Of a DNA stretch of 64,000 bases, positions 1 through 9,436 are shown piece by piece (the first letter of the stretch is position 1; each line of letters opens with the position of its first letter). Where the stretch lies: assembly GCA_963668675.2 (NCBI GenBank), contig CAXXMB010000002.1, positions 1,696,001 through 1,760,000 of the forward strand, read 5' to 3'. Both the position numbers and the translations under genes were made by a program. Source of the DNA: an uncultured Desulfatitalea sp. GTDB lineage: Bacteria > Desulfobacterota > Desulfobacteria > Desulfobacterales > Desulfosarcinaceae. Under the pieces are notes generated by a model. The model had not been told where the DNA came from and did no database searches. It worked only from the letters and a program-made list of their open reading frames with translations.

Positions 1-1
1 G

Positions 2-454
2 ATCTATGCCGAAGCCGACGCAGTGGGTGTCGGCATCGTCGATGCCGCCGACATCGACCAGATCAACATCCTGCAGGCCTCACGCCTCTCCATGGCCATG
101 GCCGTCTCCAAACTCGATCCTTCACCCGACTTCCTGCTCATCGACGGCCGGCACGACATCCCGGCCGAACAGCCCCAGGCTGCCATTGTTAAGGGAGATG
201 CCCGCAGCATCTCCATCGCCGCAGCCTCAATCGTGGCCAAGGTGAGCCGGGACCGGATCATGTGCCACTATCACGATCAGTTTCCCCAATTCGGTTTCGA
301 CCGTCATAAGGGCTACCCGACCAAAGCCCACCGGGAAGCCATTGCCTTGCACGGTCCCTGCAGCATCCACCGGCGCACCTTCAGGGGCGTAAAAGAGCAT
401 CTGCCGCCCGCCTCTCCCGACCATCAACCGGATGGCCCGAACAATGGTCAATGA
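2..454 (+). CDS. rnhB: Ribonuclease HII (5'-truncated by window edge)
   Basis: Motifs IDQINILQAS, LLIDG, VKGDARSISIAAASIVAKVSRD, HKGYPT, HRRTF; frame open to the window start. Confidence 0.95.
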   Translation: MYAEADAVGVGIVDAADIDQINILQASRLSMAMAVSKLDPSPDFLLIDGRHDIPAEQPQAAIVKGDARSISIAAASIVAKVSRDRIMCHYHDQFPQFGFDRHKGYPTKAHREAIALHGPCSIHRRTFRGVKEHLPPASPDHQPDGPNNGQ

Positions 455-815
455 ACGCCAGCGATTCGGCCAGGAGAGTGAGCAGATGGTCGCTGCCTTT
501 CTCAAACGCAACGGCTACCGTATTCTCGAACGCAACTATCGCACCCAGCTTGGCGAAATTGACATCATTGCCAAGCACAAAGGCGCCCTGGTCTTTGTCG
601 AGGTCAAGGCGCGCCGCTCAGGCAGCTATGGCAACCCCAAACGGGCCATTACGCCGGCCAAGCAGCGCAAACTCTCCATGGCGGCCCTGGTCTATCTCAA
701 GGCCAACAGCGCCATGGACCAGCGCGCCCGTTTTGACGTGGTGACCGTGCAGCGCATCGCCGGCTGCCCCAAAATCGAGGTGATCCGCAATGCCTTCGAC
801 CTTGCTTACGGATAG
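444..815 (+). CDS. yraN: YraN family (UPF0102) putative endonuclease
   Basis: GYRILERNYR..GEIDIIA..LVFVEVKAR..RFDVV; usual position after rnhB. Confidence 0.93.
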   Translation: MVNERQRFGQESEQMVAAFLKRNGYRILERNYRTQLGEIDIIAKHKGALVFVEVKARRSGSYGNPKRAITPAKQRKLSMAALVYLKANSAMDQRARFDVVTVQRIAGCPKIEVIRNAFDLAYG

Positions 816-1665
816 AGAGATCGCACCCGGCCTCTATGTGGTGACCACGCCCATCGGCCACATGGCGGATATCACCCTGCGCGCCTTGGAGGTGCTGGCC
901 GCCGTCGATCTGATTGCCGCCGAAGACACCCGCCACACGCGCCGCCTGCTGACCCACCACAATATCACCAATGAGCTGATCTCCTACCACGAACACAACG
1001 AAATCCAGCGCACCGAGATATTGATCCGGAAGCTCGCACAGGGTGCAGCCATCGCACTGGTCTCGGATGCCGGAACCCCCACGGTGTCCGATCCGGGCTA
1101 CCGCCTTGTAAGGGCGGCCACCGAGCAGCAGATCGCGGTCATCCCCGTCCCCGGTGTGTCGGCCGCCATGGCGGCGCTCTCCGTCTCCGGGCTGCCCACC
1201 GATCAGTTCACCTTCGTTGGCTTTCCGGTGCGCAAGAAAAACAAACGGGCCGCCCAGTTGGCCGACCTGGCACACCTGCCCCACACGCTGATCTTCTATC
1301 AATCGCCCCAGCGGTTGATCCGGTTCATGCATGAGCTGAAAGAGGCGTTGGGCGACCGTCACTCCATGCTGGCGAGGGAGATGACCAAACTGCACGAAGA
1401 GTTTATCCGCGGCAGCCTATCCGAGATCATCCGGGCCCTCGACCAGCGAGATGCCGTCAAGGGGGAGTGCACCCTGCTGGTGGCCGGTGCCCCTTCGGCC
1501 GAGCAGCATGGGGAGGAGGAGATCGATGCCGCCATCCGAACCGCCGTGGCGTCCGCTGAGCACTCCTTGAGCGATATCGCCAGGGAGCTGGCCTCTCGAT
1601 TCAACGTGGGCAAAAAGCGTATATACGACAAAGCCCTGCGCTACCGCCAACAGATGCCGAAGTGA
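790..1665 (+). CDS. rsmI: 16S rRNA (cytidine1402-2'-O)-methyltransferase
   Basis: LYVVTTPIG, AAEDTRHT, LVSDAGTPTVSDPG, REMTKLHEEF, KGE motifs. Confidence 0.95.
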   Translation: MPSTLLTDREIAPGLYVVTTPIGHMADITLRALEVLAAVDLIAAEDTRHTRRLLTHHNITNELISYHEHNEIQRTEILIRKLAQGAAIALVSDAGTPTVSDPGYRLVRAATEQQIAVIPVPGVSAAMAALSVSGLPTDQFTFVGFPVRKKNKRAAQLADLAHLPHTLIFYQSPQRLIRFMHELKEALGDRHSMLAREMTKLHEEFIRGSLSEIIRALDQRDAVKGECTLLVAGAPSAEQHGEEEIDAAIRTAVASAEHSLSDIARELASRFNVGKKRIYDKALRYRQQMPK

Positions 1666-1672
1666 TCACCTA

Positions 1673-2254
1673 ATGAGCCATCAATTGACCCTGCACCCTG
1701 TTATCCTTGCCGTACCGGCCGCCGAACAGCAGCTCAAGGGCCGGCCGAAGGTCGAAGCGTTGCGCTGTGCTGCCCGTAAGGCCCTTGCCCTTTCGGCCCA
1801 ATACAGCGACCTCTCCCTGGGCCCGCTGGAGAAGGATGAGAGCGGTGCACCACTGCCGAGCAACGGCATCCACTGGTCCCTGACCCACAAGAGCGCCTTT
1901 GTGGCAGCCGTCTGTTCGCCCCATCCGGTGGGCATCGATATCGAACGGCTGCGCTCGGTGAGCCGGGGGCTGGAAGAGCGGCTGGCAAGCCCGGCCGAGT
2001 GGGATCTTGCGCCCACCGTCGACCGCCCCCTCTTCTTCCGCTTCTGGACCGCCAAAGAGGCGGTGCTCAAAGCGGTGGGCACGGGGCTGACCGGCCTCTC
2101 CCGCTGCCGGATCCAACGCATCGTGGACGACGACCATCTTTTGCTCACCTACGAGGAGCGGCCCTGGCGGGTCACCCACCATCGCATTGGACAAGAGCAT
2201 TTGGTTACGATAACCTCGGACCGAGTCAACTTGGTCTGGCACGATCAGCCATAG
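1673..2254 (+). CDS. 4'-phosphopantetheinyl transferase (Sfp-like)
   Basis: WSLTHK, VGIDIE, FWTAKEAVLKAVGTG motifs. Confidence 0.9.
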   Translation: MSHQLTLHPVILAVPAAEQQLKGRPKVEALRCAARKALALSAQYSDLSLGPLEKDESGAPLPSNGIHWSLTHKSAFVAAVCSPHPVGIDIERLRSVSRGLEERLASPAEWDLAPTVDRPLFFRFWTAKEAVLKAVGTGLTGLSRCRIQRIVDDDHLLLTYEERPWRVTHHRIGQEHLVTITSDRVNLVWHDQP

Positions 2255-2318
2255 AAAAAACCACCCATGTTGCCATTGAAGCAGCACCCGACCTGCATAG
2301 CAGAGAAAGGATGAGGAG

Positions 2319-3893
2319 ATGCACATCACATTCCACGGCGCCGTAAGAGAAGTGACCGGATCCATGCACCTGATCGGAACGGGGAGAGACTATGTTCTAC
2401 TCGATTGCGGCCTTCACCAGGGCCGGCGCAAAGAGGCCGAGGAGAAAAACCGGGTATTACCCTTCCAGGCATCCATGATCCACAACGTGGTGCTCTCCCA
2501 TGCCCATATCGACCATTCGGGGCGCATCCCGCTGCTGGTCAAAAAGGGATTTACCGGCCGAGTGGTGTGTACCCGTGCCACGGCCGACGCCTGCGCCTAT
2601 CTGCTGCCCGACTCGGCCCACATCCAGGAGCAGGATGCCGAGTACCTCAATTACAAAACGGTGCGTGCAGCCCTCTCCCACGGGCCGAGTTTCAACGGAA
2701 AGCCGATCGGCAAACGCAAGTACAAAGAGCTGAAACAGATGCTCAAAAAGGGCGGACACCGCATCGACACCGATGCCATTGCCCAGATCATGGCTCGCTA
2801 TCGCCTCAAAAGTGTCGAGCCCCTCTACTCGGCAGAGGATGCCGAACAGGCTCTGAGTCAGTTCGACGGTGTGCCCTACCACAGCACCAGCACCATCGGG
2901 CAAGACCTCACCTGCACCTTTTACGAAGCCGGCCATATCCTGGGATCGGCCATCAGCATCATCCATCACCACCAAAACGGTAATTTGAAGACGGTGGCCT
3001 ATACCGGCGATATAGGTCGTTTCGAAAAGCCAATCCTGCGCGATCCCTGCTTTCAATTTGACGAGCAGGATCGAAACATCGATCTGCTCATGATCGAAAG
3101 CACTTACGGCGACCGCGACCACGAACCGGTGGTCGACCTGAAGCCCAGGCTTCAAAAGGCGCTCAACGACACCTTCGACCGCGGCGGCTGCGTTCTCATC
3201 CCCTCGTTTGCCTACGGCCGCACCCAGGAGCTCCTCTACGTGATCCACGAGCTCTACGCCGAAGGCGCCGTCAAACCCAGACCCGTCTATGTCGACAGCC
3301 CTCTGGCAACCAACATCACCAAGGTCTTCGGCGAGCACCCCGAAGTCTACGACAAGGACACCCACGAAACCTTCCTGAACAACGGGAAAAACCCCTTCGA
3401 CTTCAAACAGGTCCACTTCACCCAGTCGGTCGAAGAGTCCATGGCCCTCATGCGCGACAACACCTCCCACATCGTCATCTCCGCATCGGGCATGTGTGAG
3501 GCCGGGCGCATCCTGCACCATCTGCGCTATAAAATTCACAACCCGAAAAACACCATCCTCATCGTCGGTTTCATGGCCCAGCACACTCTCGGCCGGCGCA
3601 TCCACGAACTGGGCGAAGCCTACGCCGCAAGCGGACGCAGCGGAGACGCTCCCATCGTTAAAATCCTCAACAAAGAGTATCCGCTCAAAGCCCACGTTGA
3701 GAAGATAGGCGGTTTTTCGGCCCACGCCGACCGCAACGAACTGCTGCGCTTCCTCAAATCCTCCAACCTGAATGTGAAGAAAGTCGCAGTGGTCCACGGA
3801 GAAGAAGACCAGAGCACCGCCTTCGCCGAACTGCTCAGAAACAACGGTTTCGATGCCCAGGTGCCCATGATGGGACAGACGTTTGAAATATAG
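2319..3893 (+). CDS. MBL-fold beta-CASP ribonuclease
   Basis: LLDCG, SHAHIDHSG, AGHILGS, YTGDIG, IESTYG, SASGMCEAGR, FSAHAD, VHGE motifs. Confidence 0.92.
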   Translation: MHITFHGAVREVTGSMHLIGTGRDYVLLDCGLHQGRRKEAEEKNRVLPFQASMIHNVVLSHAHIDHSGRIPLLVKKGFTGRVVCTRATADACAYLLPDSAHIQEQDAEYLNYKTVRAALSHGPSFNGKPIGKRKYKELKQMLKKGGHRIDTDAIAQIMARYRLKSVEPLYSAEDAEQALSQFDGVPYHSTSTIGQDLTCTFYEAGHILGSAISIIHHHQNGNLKTVAYTGDIGRFEKPILRDPCFQFDEQDRNIDLLMIESTYGDRDHEPVVDLKPRLQKALNDTFDRGGCVLIPSFAYGRTQELLYVIHELYAEGAVKPRPVYVDSPLATNITKVFGEHPEVYDKDTHETFLNNGKNPFDFKQVHFTQSVEESMALMRDNTSHIVISASGMCEAGRILHHLRYKIHNPKNTILIVGFMAQHTLGRRIHELGEAYAASGRSGDAPIVKILNKEYPLKAHVEKIGGFSAHADRNELLRFLKSSNLNVKKVAVVHGEEDQSTAFAELLRNNGFDAQVPMMGQTFEI

Positions 3894-3932
3894 GAAAAAG
3901 TCTAGCGTGGAGGGATTCTACCAAAACATGGC

Positions 3933-3954
3933 TCCTCCCTTTGACAAGGGGGGA
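3933..3954. repeat. REP-like palindrome (CCCTT-N4-AAGGG family), possible terminator between convergent genes
   Basis: tcctccctt-tgac-aagggggga; related copies at about 14007-14041, 14861-14894 and 14947-14982. Confidence 0.6.
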
Positions 3955-3979
3955 TTGGCCACCGCAAGCAACGTCAGGA

Positions 3980-5608
3980 TTACTCCGGGTAGGATCGGTT
4001 GAGCCATGCCACGCGGATGGGGTGCCTCTCTTCGAAGCGCCGGGTCTGGTCCCGGTGGTAGTGAAAACGCTCTTTGTAGTGACTGCGCCTGGGGTCCAGG
4101 CGGGACGCCTCCTGATAGCGGCCCGCGTAGGCGTAGGTGAGATAAAAGTGTGCATAGCAGTTGCCCGGATCGATCTGCAGGGCGGCCTCCAGGTCCGCCA
4201 CGGCCTTGTCATACGCCTTTTTGCGGTAGTGAATGTAACCCCTGAAGTTGTAGCCGAACAGCTCCTGCGGCGCCAGCTCGACATAGCTGTCGAGCGCCCG
4301 CAGGGCCGTGTCGTATTGATAGTAAGCGTTGACAAAGGCGATGGCGAGGTATTTGTTCGGCCGCGCATCGCCGGGCAATCGCTGAACTACCGGCTTTAGC
4401 AGAGCGATCGCTTTGCGGCTCATGGATACCAGTGTATAAAGACGCCCCAGTTCAAGTGCAGCTTCCACATTTTGCTTCTTCTCTCGGTGCAGCTGCTCGT
4501 AGGCGAGAATCTGTCCGGCCAGCTCGGCATCCCACCCGATGGTATATAGGTCATCACCCGTCAACGGTATGTCCTGGCCGTTGAAGTGGAAACTGTCCAT
4601 CAACAGGCCCATGTAGGGGTGTTCGGAGAACTCGATCCCCCAGTGGGGTGCCGTTCCCATGCGAACGAAACGCCGCTGGTGGACGATATCGAACTGCCAC
4701 CCCTCTTGGGTCCGGCAAAAGAAGAAGGGGCTGTTGTCCCACCCGCTCTTCTTTCCGAAGTAGATCACCGCATAATCGCCATCCTGCCTCACCTCGTAAG
4801 GACGGCTGGCGTAACGCCGGTAGTCCTCTTCGAAGCGAACGTCAGGCAGTTGGGTGTAGTCACGGTAAGTGAGGCGGGTCACGGCGGTGTAAACGCCCAG
4901 ATTGGGATCACGTGCCTTCTTCTTCCAGTGACGGATCAGGGTCTGCCAGGCCTGCTCCGGGGTATCGCCCGCCGGATAGCTCGTGTTGACCGCATCGGAG
5001 ACAAGGCCGCGGGTCTCCTGCGTTTCAAGCACATGGCGGGCACCGCCACCCTGGGAGAGGTAACGGGCATCCAGCTGCGCAACCGAGGCGCGGCTGTAGC
5101 GCCCCTTATACTTGAGCTGCGATCGGGCCTCGATTTCTTCGAGCATTGCGATCATCCCGATCTCCAGCCGGTTGGCTGCAAAATTGGGCTGCAACTGCAC
5201 ATCTTCGATGTGACCGGTAAAAAGATCGGTGAAGACATCTTCCAGCTCGAAACCCACCTCTATTTTGACCGATTTGACATCATCGACCAGGAGCATCAGC
5301 AGGCCGCGCCCCTCCATCCGCTTGCCGATCTCCCAGTTAGAGAAAAGATCGACAGCCGTCCCGGCGAGGGAACGGGTTTCACCAAGGGTGGGCAGGAGCA
5401 CCACCAGGATTTCGATCTTGTACCTCTCCCGAATCTGTTTCAGATGGGCCTCGACCGATGGCTGCACATCGCCCATCAGCCCGGTGTAGTCAAACACCAT
5501 CTGGTCCGCGGCGGGCCGGGTGCTGATCGTACGGCCCACATCGAATTTGCGCTCTTCGGCGCACCCTGTCAGAAACATCAGGATGATCATCAACGAAACG
5601 TATCGCAT
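3980..5608 (-). CDS. Lipoprotein with N-terminal TPM domain and C-terminal TPR repeats
   Basis: Lipobox LTGC; TPM-like WEIG..GLLMLLV..IEVGFELE; TPR-like YNFRGYIHY..AVADLEAALQIDP. Confidence 0.8.
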   Translation of the reverse strand: MRYVSLMIILMFLTGCAEERKFDVGRTISTRPAADQMVFDYTGLMGDVQPSVEAHLKQIRERYKIEILVVLLPTLGETRSLAGTAVDLFSNWEIGKRMEGRGLLMLLVDDVKSVKIEVGFELEDVFTDLFTGHIEDVQLQPNFAANRLEIGMIAMLEEIEARSQLKYKGRYSRASVAQLDARYLSQGGGARHVLETQETRGLVSDAVNTSYPAGDTPEQAWQTLIRHWKKKARDPNLGVYTAVTRLTYRDYTQLPDVRFEEDYRRYASRPYEVRQDGDYAVIYFGKKSGWDNSPFFFCRTQEGWQFDIVHQRRFVRMGTAPHWGIEFSEHPYMGLLMDSFHFNGQDIPLTGDDLYTIGWDAELAGQILAYEQLHREKKQNVEAALELGRLYTLVSMSRKAIALLKPVVQRLPGDARPNKYLAIAFVNAYYQYDTALRALDSYVELAPQELFGYNFRGYIHYRKKAYDKAVADLEAALQIDPGNCYAHFYLTYAYAGRYQEASRLDPRRSHYKERFHYHRDQTRRFEERHPIRVAWLNRSYPE

Positions 5609-5637
5609 GGGTCTCTTTCACCGGCTGCAGTTGCACT

Positions 5638-5823
5638 TCAGGGCATGCACGTTTTCGCGTCCCGGGCGCGCTCCTTGTCCAGAAAGTGAATCATGCACGA
5701 GGGCCGGAACTTGCAAAAAAGCTCAGGGTCCCTGCAGTGGGCACAGGTCGCGCACATCCTGACCTGGTGCTTCTCACACGTGTATACGATATCCGAACAG
5801 TTCTGATCATCACATTGGGTCAT
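5638..5823 (-). CDS. Small Cys-rich putative metal-binding protein (61 aa)
   Basis: CEKH..MCATCAHCRDP..CKFRPSC; co-oriented between two minus-strand genes. Confidence 0.65.
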   Translation of the reverse strand: MTQCDDQNCSDIVYTCEKHQVRMCATCAHCRDPELFCKFRPSCMIHFLDKERARDAKTCMP

Positions 5824-5872
5824 CTGTTTCGCCTCGGTTCGAACGCTGGTGCTTTGATAACTTGCCCACAAT

Positions 5873-6634
5873 CTACTCCCGATCCGTCTGCTTGCGCCCT
5901 CTTCTCGAGAAGAGGCGCCCGACGCTTTTCAGGCTGAACCGACCGGGCGACTGGTCGGGGCCTTCGTCCACGGCCTCTCCAGAAGAGGGTTCCGGAGGTG
6001 CATCCGGGGATGCTTCGGCAACGGCAAGCGTTGAGAGATGCCCTTCCATCAAAGGTGCCAACGCGGGATAACGCTTCAAATAGGTGAAAAGTGCGGCGGC
6101 ATGGGCAATATGACTGCCGGCGGCCAGATGCTTGGCCATGGCCAATAGCGCCGCCAACGCCGGTTTGGGCTCCGGCGAAACCGCCTTGGCGAGCCCGACG
6201 GCCTCCGCTACGATCTTACCGGGCGGGTGCTGGCAGGCGAGACAATCCGCAGCGCCTTGCACATACGCTTTTTTCAGACCTACCGTTTGAAGCAGGTGCC
6301 TGAACTCTTTCAAAGCGTCGTCATAAGCGCCGATCTGATAGAAGGCGTGGGCACACACCAGCACATCTGCACGGGTCGCTTGAGCTCCCCACCCCTGCCG
6401 GATGCGGGAGATCTCCTCGTGGGAAAGGGGGCCCTCCTTGGAGGCGTCCGTCGCCGCCATCTCCTCGTTCAAGCCCTCGATCTGGGATCGAATGGCACCC
6501 TCGATGGCCGGGTCGATGTTGGTCGACGCGGAGAGCAGGCCCTGGTAGAGACGGATGGCCTCATGATGCAGCCCCTGTGAGCTGTATGCTTCAGCCTCCT
6601 TCTTGGCCAGCACCGCTGTGATCTTTCCTACCAT
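5873..6634 (-). CDS. Hypothetical alpha-helical (TPR-like) protein
   Basis: ATG at 6634 preceded by GAGG; AEAYSSQGLHHEAIRLY and AFYQIGAYDDALKEF TPR-like segments. Confidence 0.7.
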   Translation of the reverse strand: MVGKITAVLAKKEAEAYSSQGLHHEAIRLYQGLLSASTNIDPAIEGAIRSQIEGLNEEMAATDASKEGPLSHEEISRIRQGWGAQATRADVLVCAHAFYQIGAYDDALKEFRHLLQTVGLKKAYVQGAADCLACQHPPGKIVAEAVGLAKAVSPEPKPALAALLAMAKHLAAGSHIAHAAALFTYLKRYPALAPLMEGHLSTLAVAEASPDAPPEPSSGEAVDEGPDQSPGRFSLKSVGRLFSRRGRKQTDRE

Positions 6635-6797
6635 CGAGCACCTCTTAAATTGGAAAAAATAGTGAAAATTGATGGTTATGTCAAGATTGGCCAGTTGGTG
6701 CGTCAGGCGGGGAGAGCGGATTTGGCTGATCGTCAAACGATGTATTGTTAGAATCAGTTATTTCTGGTCGCTTTGAGAAATCCTTACAATAATGCTA

Positions 6798-6827
6798 TTG
6801 ACACAGGCAAAATACAACGAATAGTTT
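6798..6827 (+). promoter_or_regulatory. Putative sigma70 promoter of the regulator-tup operon
   Basis: TTGACA at 6798-6803, 18-nt spacer, TAGTTT at 6822-6827. Confidence 0.35.
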
Positions 6828-6862
6828 GACAGACTTACTTTCACCCGCAGGAGATTCATGGG

Positions 6863-7816
6863 ATGGGAAAATTGCTGAGCACCAAAGAGGTCGCCCGCCA
6901 TCTGGGGATCAACGAAAAGATGGTCTACACCTTGATTGCCGAAAAGGGGCTTCCGGCCTCAAAAGTGACTGGCAAGTGGGTCTTCCCGCAGCATCTGGTC
7001 GACCAGTGGGTCGAAGCCCACACGGTCAACCTCTCGGCCATCGGAAAACACATGCCATCGGCAGACGGACTGCTCATCGTCGCCGGAAGTAACGATCCGC
7101 TGCTCGAACAGACCATCGGTCTCTTCAACAGTATATATGCAGAGAATCTGGCCGTTTTCGGCAACCTGGGCAGCATGGGGGGCATTCGATCTCTCAAACA
7201 GGACCTGTGCCACATCGCCACGAGCCATATCCTACAGCAGAACGGCGAAGAGTACAACTTCGAGATCCTCGACCAGCACCTCAACGCCTTGCCGGTGGTG
7301 GTCAACTTCTGCCGGCGGCGCCAGGGAATGATCGTGGCCAAAGGCAACCCCAAGGGCATCGGCCAGACCGCCGATCTGAAACAGCCGGGCCTGAAGGTGG
7401 TCAACCGAAAGCTGGGCACCGGCACACGGCAGCTCTTCGACTTCGAACTTCAAAAAGCGGGGCTCAAGGGCGCCACCATCGCCGGATACGACAACGAGGT
7501 CCAACGCCATATGGATATCGGGCTGGCAGTGCTCTCCGGCAAGGCCGATGCCGGCCCGGGCATCCAGCCGGTGGCCGAGCAGTTGGGCCTGGACTTCGTC
7601 CCCTGGCGCTGGGAACGCTACGACCTGCTGATCCGCAAAGAACGCTTTTTCAGTGAACCCATGCAGCGTTTTCTCGGCCTGCTGCACGAAGATCGCTTCC
7701 ACCAACTGACGGCCGCTTACCAAGGGTACGACACCTCAATCAGCGGAAAAATGATATTCCGTCAATCCTACGAAACCAAGACCCCCGACAAAGAAACCGA
7801 GGAGGAGAACGAATGA
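6863..7816 (+). CDS. Excisionase-type HTH plus PBP-domain molybdate/tungstate regulator (TaoR-like)
   Basis: N-terminal LLSTKEVARHL..GLPASKVTGKW; PBP part AGSND, GSMGG, NRKLGTGTR, WERYDL; overlaps tupA. Confidence 0.85.
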   Translation: MGKLLSTKEVARHLGINEKMVYTLIAEKGLPASKVTGKWVFPQHLVDQWVEAHTVNLSAIGKHMPSADGLLIVAGSNDPLLEQTIGLFNSIYAENLAVFGNLGSMGGIRSLKQDLCHIATSHILQQNGEEYNFEILDQHLNALPVVVNFCRRRQGMIVAKGNPKGIGQTADLKQPGLKVVNRKLGTGTRQLFDFELQKAGLKGATIAGYDNEVQRHMDIGLAVLSGKADAGPGIQPVAEQLGLDFVPWRWERYDLLIRKERFFSEPMQRFLGLLHEDRFHQLTAAYQGYDTSISGKMIFRQSYETKTPDKETEEENE

Positions 7817-8652
7817 AAAAACCCTTTCCGATGATACAGAAAACGCTGTTTATTGTCTTCGCCCTGATGGTGCTGTGCGGCCCGTCCTGGGCCGCTGATA
7901 GGCCCATGCTGACCATGGCCACCACAACCAGCACGGACAACACCGGACTGCTCGACTATCTCAAACCCCATTTTGAAAAAGCGACCGGCATCGAGCTCCG
8001 CTGGACCGCCACCGGCACGGGCAAGGCCCTGGCCATGGGCAAAAACTGTGATGTAGATGTGCTGCTGGTTCACGCGCCCCCGGCCGAGAAGAAGTATGTG
8101 GCCGACGGCTATGGCCAGAACCGGCGCGAAATCATGTTCAACGATTTCGTCATCATCGGGCCGGCATCGGACAAAGCCGGCATCAAAGGCAAGCCCGTGG
8201 CCGACGCCCTCTCGACCATCAAGGCCCAAAAGGCCGTGTTTGTGAGCCGCGGCGACAACTCCGGCACCCATAAAAAAGAGAGGTCTCTCTGGACGATGGC
8301 CAAACAGGCCCAACCGGAAAAGGAGAGCTGGTATGTCCAGACCGGCCAGGGCATGCTGGCCAGCATCAACGTCTGCGCCGAGCAGTCCGGCTATACCATG
8401 ACCGACCGCGGCACCTACATCAAATACGCCCACACCAAAGGCGGCAATCCGCCACTGGTGATCCTGGTGGAGGGCGACGACGTGCTGAAAAACCAGTACA
8501 GCGTCATCGAAGTGAGCCCCAAAAACTGCGCCAACGCCAAGACGGACCTGGCCCACAAGTTCTCCCAGTGGATGGCCGGCGCCGAAGCCCAGAAGCTGAT
8601 CGGCGACTTCAAACTGATGGGAAAAAAGCTGTTCAACCCCAACGCCAAATAG
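7813..8652 (+). CDS. tupA: Tungstate ABC transporter substrate-binding protein
   Basis: Signal peptide; ATTTSTDNTGLL, GTGKAL, LVHAP, FVSRGDNSGTH, GQGM, TDRGTY. Confidence 0.95.
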   Translation: MKKPFPMIQKTLFIVFALMVLCGPSWAADRPMLTMATTTSTDNTGLLDYLKPHFEKATGIELRWTATGTGKALAMGKNCDVDVLLVHAPPAEKKYVADGYGQNRREIMFNDFVIIGPASDKAGIKGKPVADALSTIKAQKAVFVSRGDNSGTHKKERSLWTMAKQAQPEKESWYVQTGQGMLASINVCAEQSGYTMTDRGTYIKYAHTKGGNPPLVILVEGDDVLKNQYSVIEVSPKNCANAKTDLAHKFSQWMAGAEAQKLIGDFKLMGKKLFNPNAK

Positions 8653-8673
8653 GATAGTTCCTACAAACGAGAC

Positions 8674-8707
8674 AGGGGCCTTGGCGGCATCCAAAAGCCA
8701 GGCCCCT
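8674..8707 (+). terminator. Intercistronic stem-loop after tupA
   Basis: aggggcc-t-tggc ... gcca-ggcccct followed by T/C-rich sequence. Confidence 0.55.
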
Positions 8708-8737
8708 TTACTCTCTTCGATTGGGTAAAGCAGGCGC

Positions 8738-9424
8738 ATGGACTATATCATCCAGGGATTGCTGCAGGCGTTTCAACTGCTCTTCTCCGGCAACGCGGAG
8801 ACTTACTCGGCCGTGGCGGCGACCCTGACCGTCTCCAGCTACGCCATGGCCACCAGCCTGACCATCGGCATCCCCCTGGGCTTCGCATTGGGACACTTCG
8901 ACTTTCCCGGCCGCCGCCAGGTGCGGCTGATCGTCGACACCCTGCTCTCCCTTCCCACGGTCTTCATCGGCTTGATCGTCTACGCCTTCATCTCCCGCCA
9001 GGGGCCCCTCGGCCACATGGGCATGCTCTTCACCCTGCCCGGCATCGCCGTCGGCCAGACCATCCTGGCACTTCCGGTGGTCATCGCCCTGAGCGCCACG
9101 GCCGTGGAAAGCCTGGACGCCAACCTGCGCACCACCCTGCTCTCCCTGGGCGCCGGCCGCCGCCAGCTCCTTCAAAGCACCCTGTGGGAGGCGCGCCACG
9201 CCATCCTGGCCGCCGCCTTGACCGCCTACGGGCGTGTCATGACCGAAGTGGGCATCTCCATGATGGTGGGCGGCAATATCAAGTGGCACACACGCACCAT
9301 CACCACCGCCATCGCCCTGGAGACCAACAAGGGCCAGTTCGCCCTGGGCATCGCCCTAGGCCTGGTACTGCTGCTCATCGCATTCATCGTCAACGGCTCC
9401 GTGTCGTTCCTCAGAAAGAAGTAA
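8738..9424 (+). CDS. tupB: Tungstate ABC transporter permease
   Basis: Hydrophobic; GRVMTEVGISMMVGGNI..TRTITTAIALET. Confidence 0.95.
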   Translation: MDYIIQGLLQAFQLLFSGNAETYSAVAATLTVSSYAMATSLTIGIPLGFALGHFDFPGRRQVRLIVDTLLSLPTVFIGLIVYAFISRQGPLGHMGMLFTLPGIAVGQTILALPVVIALSATAVESLDANLRTTLLSLGAGRRQLLQSTLWEARHAILAAALTAYGRVMTEVGISMMVGGNIKWHTRTITTAIALETNKGQFALGIALGLVLLLIAFIVNGSVSFLRKK

Positions 9425-9436
9425 ACGGGAAAACGC

